DNA of 64,000 nt, from positions 1,686 to 65,685 of the forward strand of contig JAKJFY010000001.1 of the NCBI GenBank assembly GCA_022704665.1. Direction: 5' to 3'. Each line of letters starts with the position of its first letter. Position 1 is the first letter of the stretch. This stretch comes from Spirochaetota bacterium. Its GTDB lineage: Bacteria; Spirochaetota; Spirochaetia; Treponematales; Rectinemataceae. Below the pieces are notes generated by a model, which was not told the origin of the DNA, made no database searches, and saw only the letters and a program-made list of their open reading frames with translations. The position numbers and the translations under genes are program-made. This document shows, one piece after another, positions 1 to 9,804 of this stretch.

Positions 1-761
1 AAGGCTGGCATTCAGAAATCCTCGCATTTAGAGGATCTATATCAGAATATCCAGATTTTGATCGATATAGCCTTATCATAAGTCTTGGTGGCGATGGCAC
101 GCTTCTTTATGCCGCTCGATTTGCTGGCCCTCGCGGTATACCTATTCTTCCAATAAACTTAGGAACTCTAGGATTTATCGCTGCTAACAAGATGGACACC
201 TGGGCTTTTACTTTCGAGCATTGGCAGAACGGAGATTTAGAGCCATCAAAGCGCTTAATGCTGCAATCTTGTGCGTATAGAGGAAAGAATATTCTTCATA
301 AAGGAATCGCGCTCAATGATATAGTTGTATCGTCTGAGAGCGGCGCTCGAATGATACGCATGTGTCTATCAATCAATAGGGAATGCTTTGGTTATTACAG
401 GGCCGATGGTCTTATTGTTTCAACGCCTACCGGCTCTACTGCTTACAATCTAGCGGCGGGTGGGCCAGCCTTACATCCAGAAATCAGTGCTCTTATAATA
501 AATCCAATATGCCCGTTCACGTTAGCATCTAGACCTTTAGTTATACCTGCCTCCAATTACATAGATATCGAAATCGACGAGACTAAGAAAGCTGGGGCTC
601 TTTTGATCGCGGATGGTCATATAGTGGCAAATCTCGAGAAAGGCGATATAGTCCAGATTCGAGAATATGAGAGGAGTGCATTTTTAGTTGTGCCTTCAGG
701 CAATGCCTTTTTCTCTGCTCTAAGAACAAAACTGGGTTGGTCGGGAGACAACGATGCTTGA
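1..761 (+). CDS. nadK: NAD kinase (5'-truncated by window)
   Basis: Frame is open upstream of the 192 ORF and contains SLGGDGTLL (81-107); NE/D motif ALND and DGLIVSTPTGSTAYNLAAGGP; precedes recN. Confidence 0.95.
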   Translation, partial: GWHSEILAFRGSISEYPDFDRYSLIISLGGDGTLLYAARFAGPRGIPILPINLGTLGFIAANKMDTWAFTFEHWQNGDLEPSKRLMLQSCAYRGKNILHKGIALNDIVVSSESGARMIRMCLSINRECFGYYRADGLIVSTPTGSTAYNLAAGGPALHPEISALIINPICPFTLASRPLVIPASNYIDIEIDETKKAGALLIADGHIVANLEKGDIVQIREYERSAFLVVPSGNAFFSALRTKLGWSGDNDA

Positions 762-2451
762 GCAGCTTTCCGTGCGTAATTTCGCCATTATTGAGAGCAT
801 AGATATAGATTTTTCACCTGGAATGACGGTGTTCTCAGGAGAGACCGGAACTGGCAAATCTTTGATCGTCGATGCTCTTGGATTTCTGCTTGGCGCACGG
901 GTCGACAATTCAATGATCCGCGAAGGAGCAACAGAATGCTCCGCAACAGGGCTTTTCTCTGTTTCGAGCAATTCTCAGGTTGGGTTCTGGTTTAAAGAAA
1001 AAGGCATAGAATGGCAGCCTAATGAGGAGATCTTGCTTCGCCGAGTTCTCAAACAGAATGGCCGAACGCTAGCATGGATCCAAGATCGACAGGTTTCTAG
1101 GAATGAGCTCCTGGAATTCACTCAATATCTTGTTGATATACATGGTCAGCATGAACATCAAAGGCTTATAGATTCATCTACTCATTTGGACATGCTGGAT
1201 GCCTATGCCAATCTAGAGGATGAATTGAGATCATATCAAAAGATCTATTCAGAATGGAGAGAAGCGACTCGTCAACTGCAGGAAGTATTGGAACAAAAAG
1301 CAAAGCGCACACAGGAAGCGGATTACCTTGATTTTGTAATAAGGGACATTGCATCGATAAAGCCCAAGCCCAATGAGGACAATGAGCTTCTAGCTGAGGA
1401 AAAGATACTCGCGGAGCATGAAAAGCTATTTGGAGCAGTATCCGAAGCCTCAATACTTTTGGATAGCGGTGAAAGCGCCGATGTGCTCCATGCCTTAAAA
1501 AAGGTTCGAGCTAATATCGAAACTGCGCGTTCAGTCGATGTCCGGTTGGGGTCTTTCTCTGAAAGACTTTCTACGGTCTACTATGAGCTAGAAGATGTAT
1601 CCGAGTCTTTGAATGAGTACAAGGCTAGCCTTCGCTTCGATCCTGATCGTCTCGAAAGCATTGAAAGGAGACTCGCTGATCTTCAACGCCTAAAGCACAA
1701 ATATGGGCCAAAGCTTGATGATGTGCTACAGGCCTACGAACGGGCACGGAGACGACTCGAAGCGCTTGAACATGCTGAGGAAAACGCCGAAGAACTTGAA
1801 AAGAAAGAGAAATCGCTCGAGAAAGAGGTATTGAATAGAGCATATCAGCTTTCTGAGAAGCGAATGATAGCTGCAGTTTCGATGTCTTCTTCGATAAAAG
1901 AAATAGTCAAAAATTTAGGAATGCCAGAGGCGCAGGTGAACCTTCGCTTAAAGAGAATCATAGATGAAAGAGGCGAATATGGGACGACACCCCGCGGCAT
2001 CGATGAAGCAGAATTTTTCATTGCTCCGAACCCAGGAGAACCTGAACTTCCCTTGTCTAGAATCGCTTCAGGAGGAGAGCTGTCGAGATTTGCTCTTGCA
2101 ATCAAGGCTGTGTTAGCTTCTCACGACGAAGTTGAGACCTTAGTGTTCGATGAAATCGATTCAGGAATAGGAGGGCAAGTTGGTGTTGCCGTTGGCGAAT
2201 ACCTAAGGCAGTTAAGCCAGTATCGCCAAGTTCTGTGCGTTACACACCTCGCAACCATCGCAGTACAAGCTGACCACCAAGGCAAAGTCGATAAATTTGT
2301 ATCAAAAGGCAGAACTGGTGCCTCTATACGCTTTCTTTCTGGAAAAGAGCGAGAAACCGAGATTGCACGGATGCTATCTGGCTCTTCGGAGAGCGAAGCC
2401 TCAAGAATCCACGCGGCAGAACTGTTGAAAAAAGCCATTTCGCATGATTGA
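754..2451 (+). CDS. recN: DNA repair protein RecN
   Basis: Walker A GETGTGKS, HGQHEHQ, ASGGELSR signature, FDEIDSG, THLATIA. Confidence 0.97.
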   Translation: MLEQLSVRNFAIIESIDIDFSPGMTVFSGETGTGKSLIVDALGFLLGARVDNSMIREGATECSATGLFSVSSNSQVGFWFKEKGIEWQPNEEILLRRVLKQNGRTLAWIQDRQVSRNELLEFTQYLVDIHGQHEHQRLIDSSTHLDMLDAYANLEDELRSYQKIYSEWREATRQLQEVLEQKAKRTQEADYLDFVIRDIASIKPKPNEDNELLAEEKILAEHEKLFGAVSEASILLDSGESADVLHALKKVRANIETARSVDVRLGSFSERLSTVYYELEDVSESLNEYKASLRFDPDRLESIERRLADLQRLKHKYGPKLDDVLQAYERARRRLEALEHAEENAEELEKKEKSLEKEVLNRAYQLSEKRMIAAVSMSSSIKEIVKNLGMPEAQVNLRLKRIIDERGEYGTTPRGIDEAEFFIAPNPGEPELPLSRIASGGELSRFALAIKAVLASHDEVETLVFDEIDSGIGGQVGVAVGEYLRQLSQYRQVLCVTHLATIAVQADHQGKVDKFVSKGRTGASIRFLSGKERETEIARMLSGSSESEASRIHAAELLKKAISHD

Positions 2452-2594
2452 ATAGCCAAGAGCCTCTTCTACTCTCTATGCATTTTATCTGGACTAAGAT
2501 ATAGCGAATCTCTGCAATGTTGTTTCCACTCATCGTGCTCTTATCTGCAACAATTTGGGACAGGATAGAATTACCGTAAAAGTGTGGAGGGGTA

Positions 2595-2637
2595 TTGCAT
2601 TTATTGTATTATCTTTATATAAATATATCTATATAAA
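2595..2637 (+). promoter_or_regulatory. Sigma70-like promoter overlapped by a palindromic operator
   Basis: TTGCAT(2595)-N17-TATAAA(2618); inverted repeat TTTATATA-N8-TATATAAA at 2614-2637 covers the -10. Confidence 0.5.
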
Positions 2638-2665
2638 TTAATTTGGTTTATAGAGGAGCATTTGA

Positions 2666-5215
2666 ATGGCACGGTATATCATCGTAGGCGGTGTCGCGGG
2701 CGGAGCTTCGACCGCAGCCAGGCTTCGCAGGCTCGACGAGCATGCCGAAATTGTCTTATTCGAGCGTGGTTCACACATAAGTTACGCCAACTGTGGCCTT
2801 CCTTATTACGCAGGAGAAACGATAAAGGAACGAGATCGACTTTTTGTCATGACACCCGAAAAATTCAATGCATGGCTCAATGTCGATGTGCGTATTCGCA
2901 CGGAGGTGATCAGCATCGACCGCGAGGCGAAGAAGATTCGGGCGCGAGAACTGGATAGTGGCCGCGAATACTCGCTTGAGTACAACGCGCTCGTGCTTTC
3001 GCCCGGAGCGGAGCCGATTAAACCGCCCATTCCAGGAATCGAAGACTCACGCATTTTCACACTTCGCTCCGTGAGCGACATCGACCATATAAAAGAATAC
3101 CTCGACACAAAGCGTCCGGAGCGGATCATCGTAGTTGGCGGCGGTTTCATCGGTCTCGAAATGGCCGAGAACCTGCACGCGCGCGGTTCATTCGTCACCA
3201 TCGTCGAAGCCCTCGATCAGGTCATGAACCCAATCGATTTCGAGATGGCAGCGCTTGTCCATCAGCATCTGAAACAAAAAAACATCGAGCTCTACCTCAG
3301 TTCAGCGGTTTTGAAATTCGAAGAGGCTGGCTCGCGTATCGTTGCGGTCCTCGCCGATGGAACCCGTCTCGATGCTGACATGATCGTGCTCTCTATCGGC
3401 GTCCGCCCTGAAACCACAATCGCTAAAGCGGCTGGACTCGAAACAATGCGGAATGGCGCGATTCTCGTCAATGAAAATTTACAGACGAGCGATCCTACTA
3501 TCTATGCGCTGGGGGATGCCATCGCCTTCCCTCATCCCGTGCTAAATATGGCAATGCCCGTGCCGCTCGCAGGACCTGCTAACAAACAGGCGCGAGTTGT
3601 CGCGGACAACATCGCCAAAGGCCCTGGAACACGAAAGTGGCATGGAGCGATCGGCACATCAATCGCTAAGGTCTTCGACATCACCGTGGCTACCGCAGGC
3701 GTCGCTGAAAAACTCCTCAAGAAGAACAATATCCCCTGCATGTCCATCATTACCCATGGTTCAAGCCATGCTAGCTATTACCCTGGCGCCCAGCCGCTCA
3801 CTATAAAGACTATATTCACGCCCGATGGGACGCTCCTTGGAGCCCAGGTCGTAGGATACGACGGCGTCGACAAGCGAATCGACCTGATTGCTGATTATAT
3901 ACGCCGAAAGGCAAAAGTGGCAGAGCTTGGCGAAATTGAACACGCCTATGCACCACCTTTTTCGAGTGCCAAAGACCCTGTCAACATCGCTGGAATGGTG
4001 GCGGAAAACATGCTTGCAGGCTTAAGCCATCATTTGCAGTGGCACGAGGTGAAGGCCTTCCAGGAAAAAGGTGGCTTTGTGTTCGATGTGCGCACCCCGG
4101 AAGAATTCTCCATCGGTGCCATTCCTGGCGCGAAAAACATTCCTCTGGACGCGCTGCGACAAAGGCTCGGCGAAATCCCGCGCGACCGGGAAGTTCTGAT
4201 ATACTGCAGCGTCGGTCTTCGGGGGTATCTCGCGGAGCGAATTCTCAGACAAAATGGCTGGACATCAATAGCCAACCTGTCCGGCGGCTATAAGACATGG
4301 GAGATCGCGACCGAGCCTCAATCTCACAAGGGTATCTACAAACCGGGCCTTGCAGGCCTCCAGTCCAGTCTGGCAAAGGGCTCTCAGGAACTCCTGCACA
4401 TGACCTTCGCGGAAGGCTCAGGCATGCCTGAATCGCTCGCAGCGAAGAGTCAAACGATTGTCCAGGTCGACGCCTGCGGCCTGCAATGCCCCGGCCCAAT
4501 CATGAGGCTCAAGACTGAAATCGATAAACTACCTGAGGGCGGTCGCGTGGTGATACGCTCGACTGATCCAGGCTTTGTCCGCGACGCTGGAGCGTGGTGC
4601 AAGGTGACTGGGAATCTCCTCATTTCGATGGAAGAATCGAACGGCACTTACACCGCGATGATAGAGAAGACCGTCAAACAGAGCGCAATGGCTGATGCAC
4701 AGACAGCGGCGGCCATGAGAGGAGCATCATTCATCCAAATGACACCTAAAGGTGCGACCATTATCGTGTTTTCCAACGACTTCGATCGCGCCCTCGCGAG
4801 CTTCGTGCTCGCGAACGGGGCAGCTGCCGCAGGCAAGGATGTAACCATGTTCTTTACGTTCTGGGGACTCTCGGTCATCCGCAAGCCCGATGCGCCGAGC
4901 GTCGCCAAAGACTTCATGGGTAAGATGTTTGGCATGATGCTTCCCAAGCATGCGGGCGGCCTTTCTCTCTCCCACATGAATTTCGGCGGAATCGGACCGA
5001 AGTTGATGAAGTCGCGTATGAAAAGCAAAAAGATCGACATGCTCGAAACCATGATGGCACAGGCGCGTCAGGCAGGCGTCCACTTCATCGCATGCCAGAT
5101 GTCGATGGACATCATGGGGGTCAAGCGCGAAGAACTGCTCGATGGAGTCGTGGTCGGCGGCGTCGCGACCTACATGGGAGCTGCAAGCGAAGGCAATGTG
5201 AATCTGTTCATCTAG
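2666..5215 (+). CDS. CoA-disulfide/persulfide reductase fused to rhodanese, TusA/SirA and DsrE/DrsH domains
   Basis: GGVAGGA and SYANCGLPY (CoADR), YAPPFS, rhodanese DVR..E/YCSVGLRG, TusA DACGLQCPGP, DsrE2 FFTFWGL...ACQMSMD. Confidence 0.93.
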   Translation: MARYIIVGGVAGGASTAARLRRLDEHAEIVLFERGSHISYANCGLPYYAGETIKERDRLFVMTPEKFNAWLNVDVRIRTEVISIDREAKKIRARELDSGREYSLEYNALVLSPGAEPIKPPIPGIEDSRIFTLRSVSDIDHIKEYLDTKRPERIIVVGGGFIGLEMAENLHARGSFVTIVEALDQVMNPIDFEMAALVHQHLKQKNIELYLSSAVLKFEEAGSRIVAVLADGTRLDADMIVLSIGVRPETTIAKAAGLETMRNGAILVNENLQTSDPTIYALGDAIAFPHPVLNMAMPVPLAGPANKQARVVADNIAKGPGTRKWHGAIGTSIAKVFDITVATAGVAEKLLKKNNIPCMSIITHGSSHASYYPGAQPLTIKTIFTPDGTLLGAQVVGYDGVDKRIDLIADYIRRKAKVAELGEIEHAYAPPFSSAKDPVNIAGMVAENMLAGLSHHLQWHEVKAFQEKGGFVFDVRTPEEFSIGAIPGAKNIPLDALRQRLGEIPRDREVLIYCSVGLRGYLAERILRQNGWTSIANLSGGYKTWEIATEPQSHKGIYKPGLAGLQSSLAKGSQELLHMTFAEGSGMPESLAAKSQTIVQVDACGLQCPGPIMRLKTEIDKLPEGGRVVIRSTDPGFVRDAGAWCKVTGNLLISMEESNGTYTAMIEKTVKQSAMADAQTAAAMRGASFIQMTPKGATIIVFSNDFDRALASFVLANGAAAAGKDVTMFFTFWGLSVIRKPDAPSVAKDFMGKMFGMMLPKHAGGLSLSHMNFGGIGPKLMKSRMKSKKIDMLETMMAQARQAGVHFIACQMSMDIMGVKREELLDGVVVGGVATYMGAASEGNVNLFI

Positions 5216-5293
5216 AAGCGGCTTTAGAAATGTACTAGTAAGAGATGTAATACTAAAGAATAAGGACCTTCGAACATGGTTAAGCTCCTGCTG

Positions 5294-5698
5294 TTAACGA
5301 GCAAGCTCGTGCAGGGCATCGTGTGGCAAAAGCTCACCGACGGTCGAATATATATATGAATCTTCGCTATTGCCGAAAATTACCGGGGCGGAGGGAGGCA
5401 TGAACTCAGATATCACTTGCCGACATGCTCCGCAAGGGCTGACGGGGTAATCTGCGTCAGGTGTTGCTATGACCAGTGCTTTGAATTTCCTCTTGCCAGC
5501 AGCGATGGCCGCGGCCATTGCATTGCGCTCTGCGCAGATTGTCAAGCCAAAGCTACGGTTTTCGACATTTATACCAGTAATGATGCTACCATCTTCGCAG
5601 AGCAATGCCGCGCCGACTCTAAACTTAGAATAAGGCGCATAACTCTGTTCACAGGCCTTGAGAGCTTGCTTGAATAGAGAAGTATATTCCACTTTCAT
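5294..5698 (-). CDS. cdd: Cytidine deaminase
   Basis: YAPYSKFRVGAA, CAERNA, PCGACRQ zinc motifs. Confidence 0.96.
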   Translation of the reverse strand: MKVEYTSLFKQALKACEQSYAPYSKFRVGAALLCEDGSIITGINVENRSFGLTICAERNAMAAAIAAGKRKFKALVIATPDADYPVSPCGACRQVISEFMPPSAPVIFGNSEDSYIYSTVGELLPHDALHELAR

Positions 5699-5801
5699 AT
5701 AAGTTCAAATCCCTTTTTGATAGTATATCCTGAAATGAAAGAAATTGAAATGCGCCATGCGGTATTGACTCAAAGACTTCAGTTATGCACCATAAAATAC
5801 A

Positions 5802-6893
5802 ATGAGAAGGCGATTTTATGGCCTTATTCTTGGTATAGCTGCAATTATTTTTTCGCTCTTTTCAGTACGAAGTACTTTGCCAGAGAGAGAGATTGCATCC
5901 AGCGTTTTTTTGACTTTTTCCGAGGCTCTGGACTTGTCCAGAATTCCTATGGCAAGAACCGATCAGATTATGCCCTTTATTGGTGACTCTTTCTTGGGGT
6001 ATGCCGACCTATCCAAAAATAAGCTCTATGTTCATCCTTTCAAGGAGAGAGCAGCAATCGACAAATTGGGATGGATTACATACGGTCGCCTTGCTACCGA
6101 TCTGCAACTATATGACATCAATGGCAGGAAGCGGTCTCTTCAAGCATATGCTTATCCATGGTTTAAGGCTTCATGGAGAGTACTGCTTCGGGCTGACCAA
6201 ATGGGTATAGCGCTAATCGATGAAACGGGATTCATCTTGTGGGAAAAAGAATTCCCGATGCCAGTCACGGCAATCGATGCGTCTTCTTCGTTCCTCGCTA
6301 TTGGAACACTTGACGGATCGATAAGTGTTTTTGATCGAAATGGATGCGCTGTCCTTTCAATACAAGCTAGTTTTCAAGAGTCTCAGACAATCTATGGTCT
6401 AGCCTTATCTAAGGATAGCAAATACCTCATAATTCTTAGAGGTATTTCACCCAAAAAAATTGAGACCTACAGGTTTGAAGATAATTCATTTGCGAAGCTA
6501 TCCGAATCTTCATTGATGGTGAATACAACTTTCCAAGCGACCATGGCAATAGCTCAGGATAATTCACATGCAATAATGAGCTTCGGTGATCTGTTAATAT
6601 ATTATAATATAAAGAATAAATATTATAAGATTCTTGAAGCAGAAATGCTAGGAGGAGATCTATCAGAAAATCAGACTGATGTTAGGTATTTCGTGCTTGG
6701 ACCTTTAGGATACTCGCTTGTTGCGATCCTGAGAAGCGGTTTAGAAGACACGGCAAAATCTGATGTTCTCATACTTAATCATGGTCTTCTAGTACATATT
6801 GCACATGGAGCTCTTGGGGCAATTAGCGATGAAGAAGTAATCGGTTTCGTATATAAAGATGGCGTGGAGCTATTAAAGGGATGGCAGCCATGA
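5802..6893 (+). CDS. Exported beta-propeller (WD40/PQQ-like) hypothetical protein
   Basis: N-terminal hydrophobic anchor; repeats such as LAIGTLDGSISVFD and YGLALSKDSKYL. Confidence 0.6.
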   Translation: MRRRFYGLILGIAAIIFSLFSVRSTLPEREIASSVFLTFSEALDLSRIPMARTDQIMPFIGDSFLGYADLSKNKLYVHPFKERAAIDKLGWITYGRLATDLQLYDINGRKRSLQAYAYPWFKASWRVLLRADQMGIALIDETGFILWEKEFPMPVTAIDASSSFLAIGTLDGSISVFDRNGCAVLSIQASFQESQTIYGLALSKDSKYLIILRGISPKKIETYRFEDNSFAKLSESSLMVNTTFQATMAIAQDNSHAIMSFGDLLIYYNIKNKYYKILEAEMLGGDLSENQTDVRYFVLGPLGYSLVAILRSGLEDTAKSDVLILNHGLLVHIAHGALGAISDEEVIGFVYKDGVELLKGWQP

Positions 6894-7870
6894 AGGGTAA
6901 ATATTGTTTCTTAATAGCTTATTTATGGCTTACAACCTTTCTTAGCGCATTGGACTTTCAGATACCTAAAGTTCTTGATATATCAGGGTTTGGGACAATC
7001 CTTTCCGATCAAGTTAAATTAGGAATATCCGTAGAACACAATGAAAAAGAAAGATCCTATGGCATGGTTCCAAGAAGCGATGTACAGTTGATATCAGCAG
7101 ATACAACGCTTGAAGCACCTTCAAGCGGCACTGTCTTTTATTCACAAGTTGAAGCGAATTTGCCGACGGTCTTCTCCTTTCCATTGGGAGGAGCCTTGGC
7201 TATTATTCATCCTGATAAATTTGTGAGTATGACTTCTGGGTTAGATTCTTTTCAGGTCATAGAATCCTCTTCTAGATCATCGAAAGAAATGCAGAAGAGT
7301 TCAGCTGTTAAAAAAGGAGAAAAGCTCTCTGGGGGAGTCGGCTCGGGCGTGTATCCTTCAAAGAATTTTGGTTTGCGGCTTTTCGATGCAAAGAACGAAC
7401 TATGGATGAATACGATTTTTCTTGCTCCTTGGATCGAGGACAACACATCCCCTATCATGCGCAGCGTAAGACTGATTAAGTCAGGCACAGATAACAAGAT
7501 ATTATTTGATATAATAGAAGCAAATAAAAAAGATAAACGAATTGCCTGTCCTCAAGGTGCTTATTCATTGTTTGTCGATGCGCGAGATATCATCATCCGC
7601 AATTCACATTACTATTCTGCTCCCTATTGCGTAGAGGCCATTCTTGATGGGAAAACTGTCATCGATGCTTCATTCATTGCTGCAGGCGCAAGTGAAGGGG
7701 GAATATCATTTCTGGGCAATCCACCCCCATCACAAGGGGCGATAGGAGAAGATTGTTCCTACAATGCTGGTCAATTCATGATTCTCAGGGGTAAACACGA
7801 TTTTCTGCTTCAAGTAAAGGATTTTGCAGGGAATCAGACTACTATGCGAATATCCATAACCACATACTAG
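6881..7870 (+). CDS. Exported hypothetical protein, M23-like fold without clear catalytic motifs
   Basis: Signal peptide; APSSGTV, LGGALAIIH and VKKGEKL segments resemble M23 domains, but no HxH. Confidence 0.5.
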   Translation: MAAMKGKYCFLIAYLWLTTFLSALDFQIPKVLDISGFGTILSDQVKLGISVEHNEKERSYGMVPRSDVQLISADTTLEAPSSGTVFYSQVEANLPTVFSFPLGGALAIIHPDKFVSMTSGLDSFQVIESSSRSSKEMQKSSAVKKGEKLSGGVGSGVYPSKNFGLRLFDAKNELWMNTIFLAPWIEDNTSPIMRSVRLIKSGTDNKILFDIIEANKKDKRIACPQGAYSLFVDARDIIIRNSHYYSAPYCVEAILDGKTVIDASFIAAGASEGGISFLGNPPPSQGAIGEDCSYNAGQFMILRGKHDFLLQVKDFAGNQTTMRISITTY

Positions 7871-7912
7871 GAAAGCTTGCTCAGGTTTCTGTTCGCTGAT
7901 AGGATTTTGGGT

Positions 7913-8647
7913 ATGTCGAATAATCGAACGATCATTGCCGATAATGTAGCTATTGTAAAAGAACGAATAAGTCGCGCAGCAGAGAAGGCTGGAAGATCTT
8001 CCGATGATATTGAACTCATGGCTGTGACCAAATTCCAGCCTATTGATGTGATTCGACAAGCCTACTTAGCAGGCATTAGGCTTTTCGGAGAAAATAGAGT
8101 ACAGGAAGCATTGGCGAAATATCCTCATTTAGGACCAGATCTGGAAGGCGCTTGCTTGCATATGATTGGTACAGTTCAAAAGAACAAAATCAATAAAGCT
8201 TTGACAATCTTCGATGGAATTCAGGGAATAGACAATACAGAAACGTTAGAGGCTATCCTTACAAGACTCAAGACCTCCAAAAAACCTATAAAGCTCTATT
8301 TAGAGCTGCATACAGGAGAGATTTCCAAAGCTGGCTTCCCTAATATCGATGAGCTGCTACGAGGATGCGAGGTTTATGCGGAATTTCTTCAATCAGATCA
8401 TCAAGGGATGAGAAAAGCCTTGCTCTGCGGTCTAATGACCATGGCGCCTTTTACGCAGGATATCGCATTGATACGTCGATCTTTCAAGATGCTCGCCGCA
8501 GCAAGAGACAGAGTAAAGAGCAGCTTTGATTTTCCAGGATTCGGCGAGCTTTCTATGGGCATGAGCAATGATTTTGAAATCGCAATAGAGGAAGGTTCTA
8601 CACTTGTAAGGATAGGCACTGCTATCTTTGGTGAGAGGAAGGCATAA
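7913..8647 (+). CDS. yggS: PLP homeostasis protein YggS
   Basis: LMAVTK, FGENRVQE, HMIGTVQKNK, LSMGMSNDFEIAIEEGSTLVRIGT. Confidence 0.95.
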   Translation: MSNNRTIIADNVAIVKERISRAAEKAGRSSDDIELMAVTKFQPIDVIRQAYLAGIRLFGENRVQEALAKYPHLGPDLEGACLHMIGTVQKNKINKALTIFDGIQGIDNTETLEAILTRLKTSKKPIKLYLELHTGEISKAGFPNIDELLRGCEVYAEFLQSDHQGMRKALLCGLMTMAPFTQDIALIRRSFKMLAAARDRVKSSFDFPGFGELSMGMSNDFEIAIEEGSTLVRIGTAIFGERKA

Positions 8648-9079
8648 ATGAACAAGCGTTGCTTTATTTTGCTCGTTGTTTTTATTTGCGCAAGCCTTTT
8701 AGTTTATTGTCTTCCCGTACTTGCTCAGGAAGGAAATTCGGACTCCGAAATTGTAGCAAAAGAAGAACAGAATGCCCAAGAAATGCCTGAAATGCCAAAA
8801 GTGACTCTACCAAGCTTTTCTTATAGTGAGGCTAAAGAAGGTGCATTTAGGCGCGGCTTTGTGATCTCTCTCGGACTTTTTCCTTTTAGCTATTTCTATA
8901 CTAATTTTGCTTTCGATTTGGTCCGTTTTATATCACATGATTTCGAAACGGCCTACGCGCCTTGGCCATTCAATACCCAGTATAGTGCTGCTTTGACAAA
9001 CAGCGAGGTATGGACGAGAATTGGTATCGCTTCAGGAGCAAGCATCTTGCTCGGTTTCTTGAGCGTTATCATAGAGTGA
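8648..9079 (+). CDS. Hypothetical membrane protein
   Basis: Abuts the yggS stop; signal peptide plus two hydrophobic segments. Confidence 0.7.
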   Translation: MNKRCFILLVVFICASLLVYCLPVLAQEGNSDSEIVAKEEQNAQEMPEMPKVTLPSFSYSEAKEGAFRRGFVISLGLFPFSYFYTNFAFDLVRFISHDFETAYAPWPFNTQYSAALTNSEVWTRIGIASGASILLGFLSVIIE

Positions 9080-9167
9080 TATACAAAAAGCACTGTATTC
9101 TGTATACTGCAGCGCCACCTTTCTATAAGGTCGCGCCATAATTTCCATTGGTAAGAGAGGCAAAAAT

Positions 9168-9728
9168 ATGGCGAACGGCAGCGATGTCAGATGCGATTAT
9201 CAAGAATTTAACCTCGATGATGCGATCCGTAAGATTCCAGATTTCCCTAAACCAGGTATATTGTTCTATGATATAACTAGCATCCTTGCTAACCCTAAAG
9301 CATTTCAATACTGCATCGATTCAATGCTTGAACTATACGGAGAGACAGAATTCGATGCAGTGGCCGCCATAGAATCGCGAGGTTTTGTATTTGCAGCGCC
9401 ATTCTGTTATAGGCGGAATATCCCTCTGCTTCTAGTTAGGAAAAAAGGCAAATTGCCAGGAAAGACCATATCCTGTTCTTATGAGTTGGAATATGGAACT
9501 GCCGTGCTAGAAATGCATATCGAAGACATCAAACCAGGTGCCCGCTTTCTGATAATCGATGACCTTATCGCTACAGGGGGCACTATTAACGCGACCTGCG
9601 AAATGATAAAGCGCTGTGGAGCAGTACCTGTTCGCGCATTTTCGGTAATAGGCTTGCCATCTTTGAATTATGAAGAGAAAGTGACAGATATCGGTATAGA
9701 TACACTTATCGAGTATTTTGGGGAATAG
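9168..9728 (+). CDS. apt: Adenine phosphoribosyltransferase
   Basis: IPDFPKPGILFYDIT, ESRGF, RKKGKLP, IIDDLIATGGT. Confidence 0.96.
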   Translation: MANGSDVRCDYQEFNLDDAIRKIPDFPKPGILFYDITSILANPKAFQYCIDSMLELYGETEFDAVAAIESRGFVFAAPFCYRRNIPLLLVRKKGKLPGKTISCSYELEYGTAVLEMHIEDIKPGARFLIIDDLIATGGTINATCEMIKRCGAVPVRAFSVIGLPSLNYEEKVTDIGIDTLIEYFGE

Positions 9729-9804
9729 ATGTATAAGAAGCCCATTGGGCAAAGCAACTCCAAACTCAGTTGAAGCTAGCCAATTATAAAAGAGGGAACA
9801 ATTT

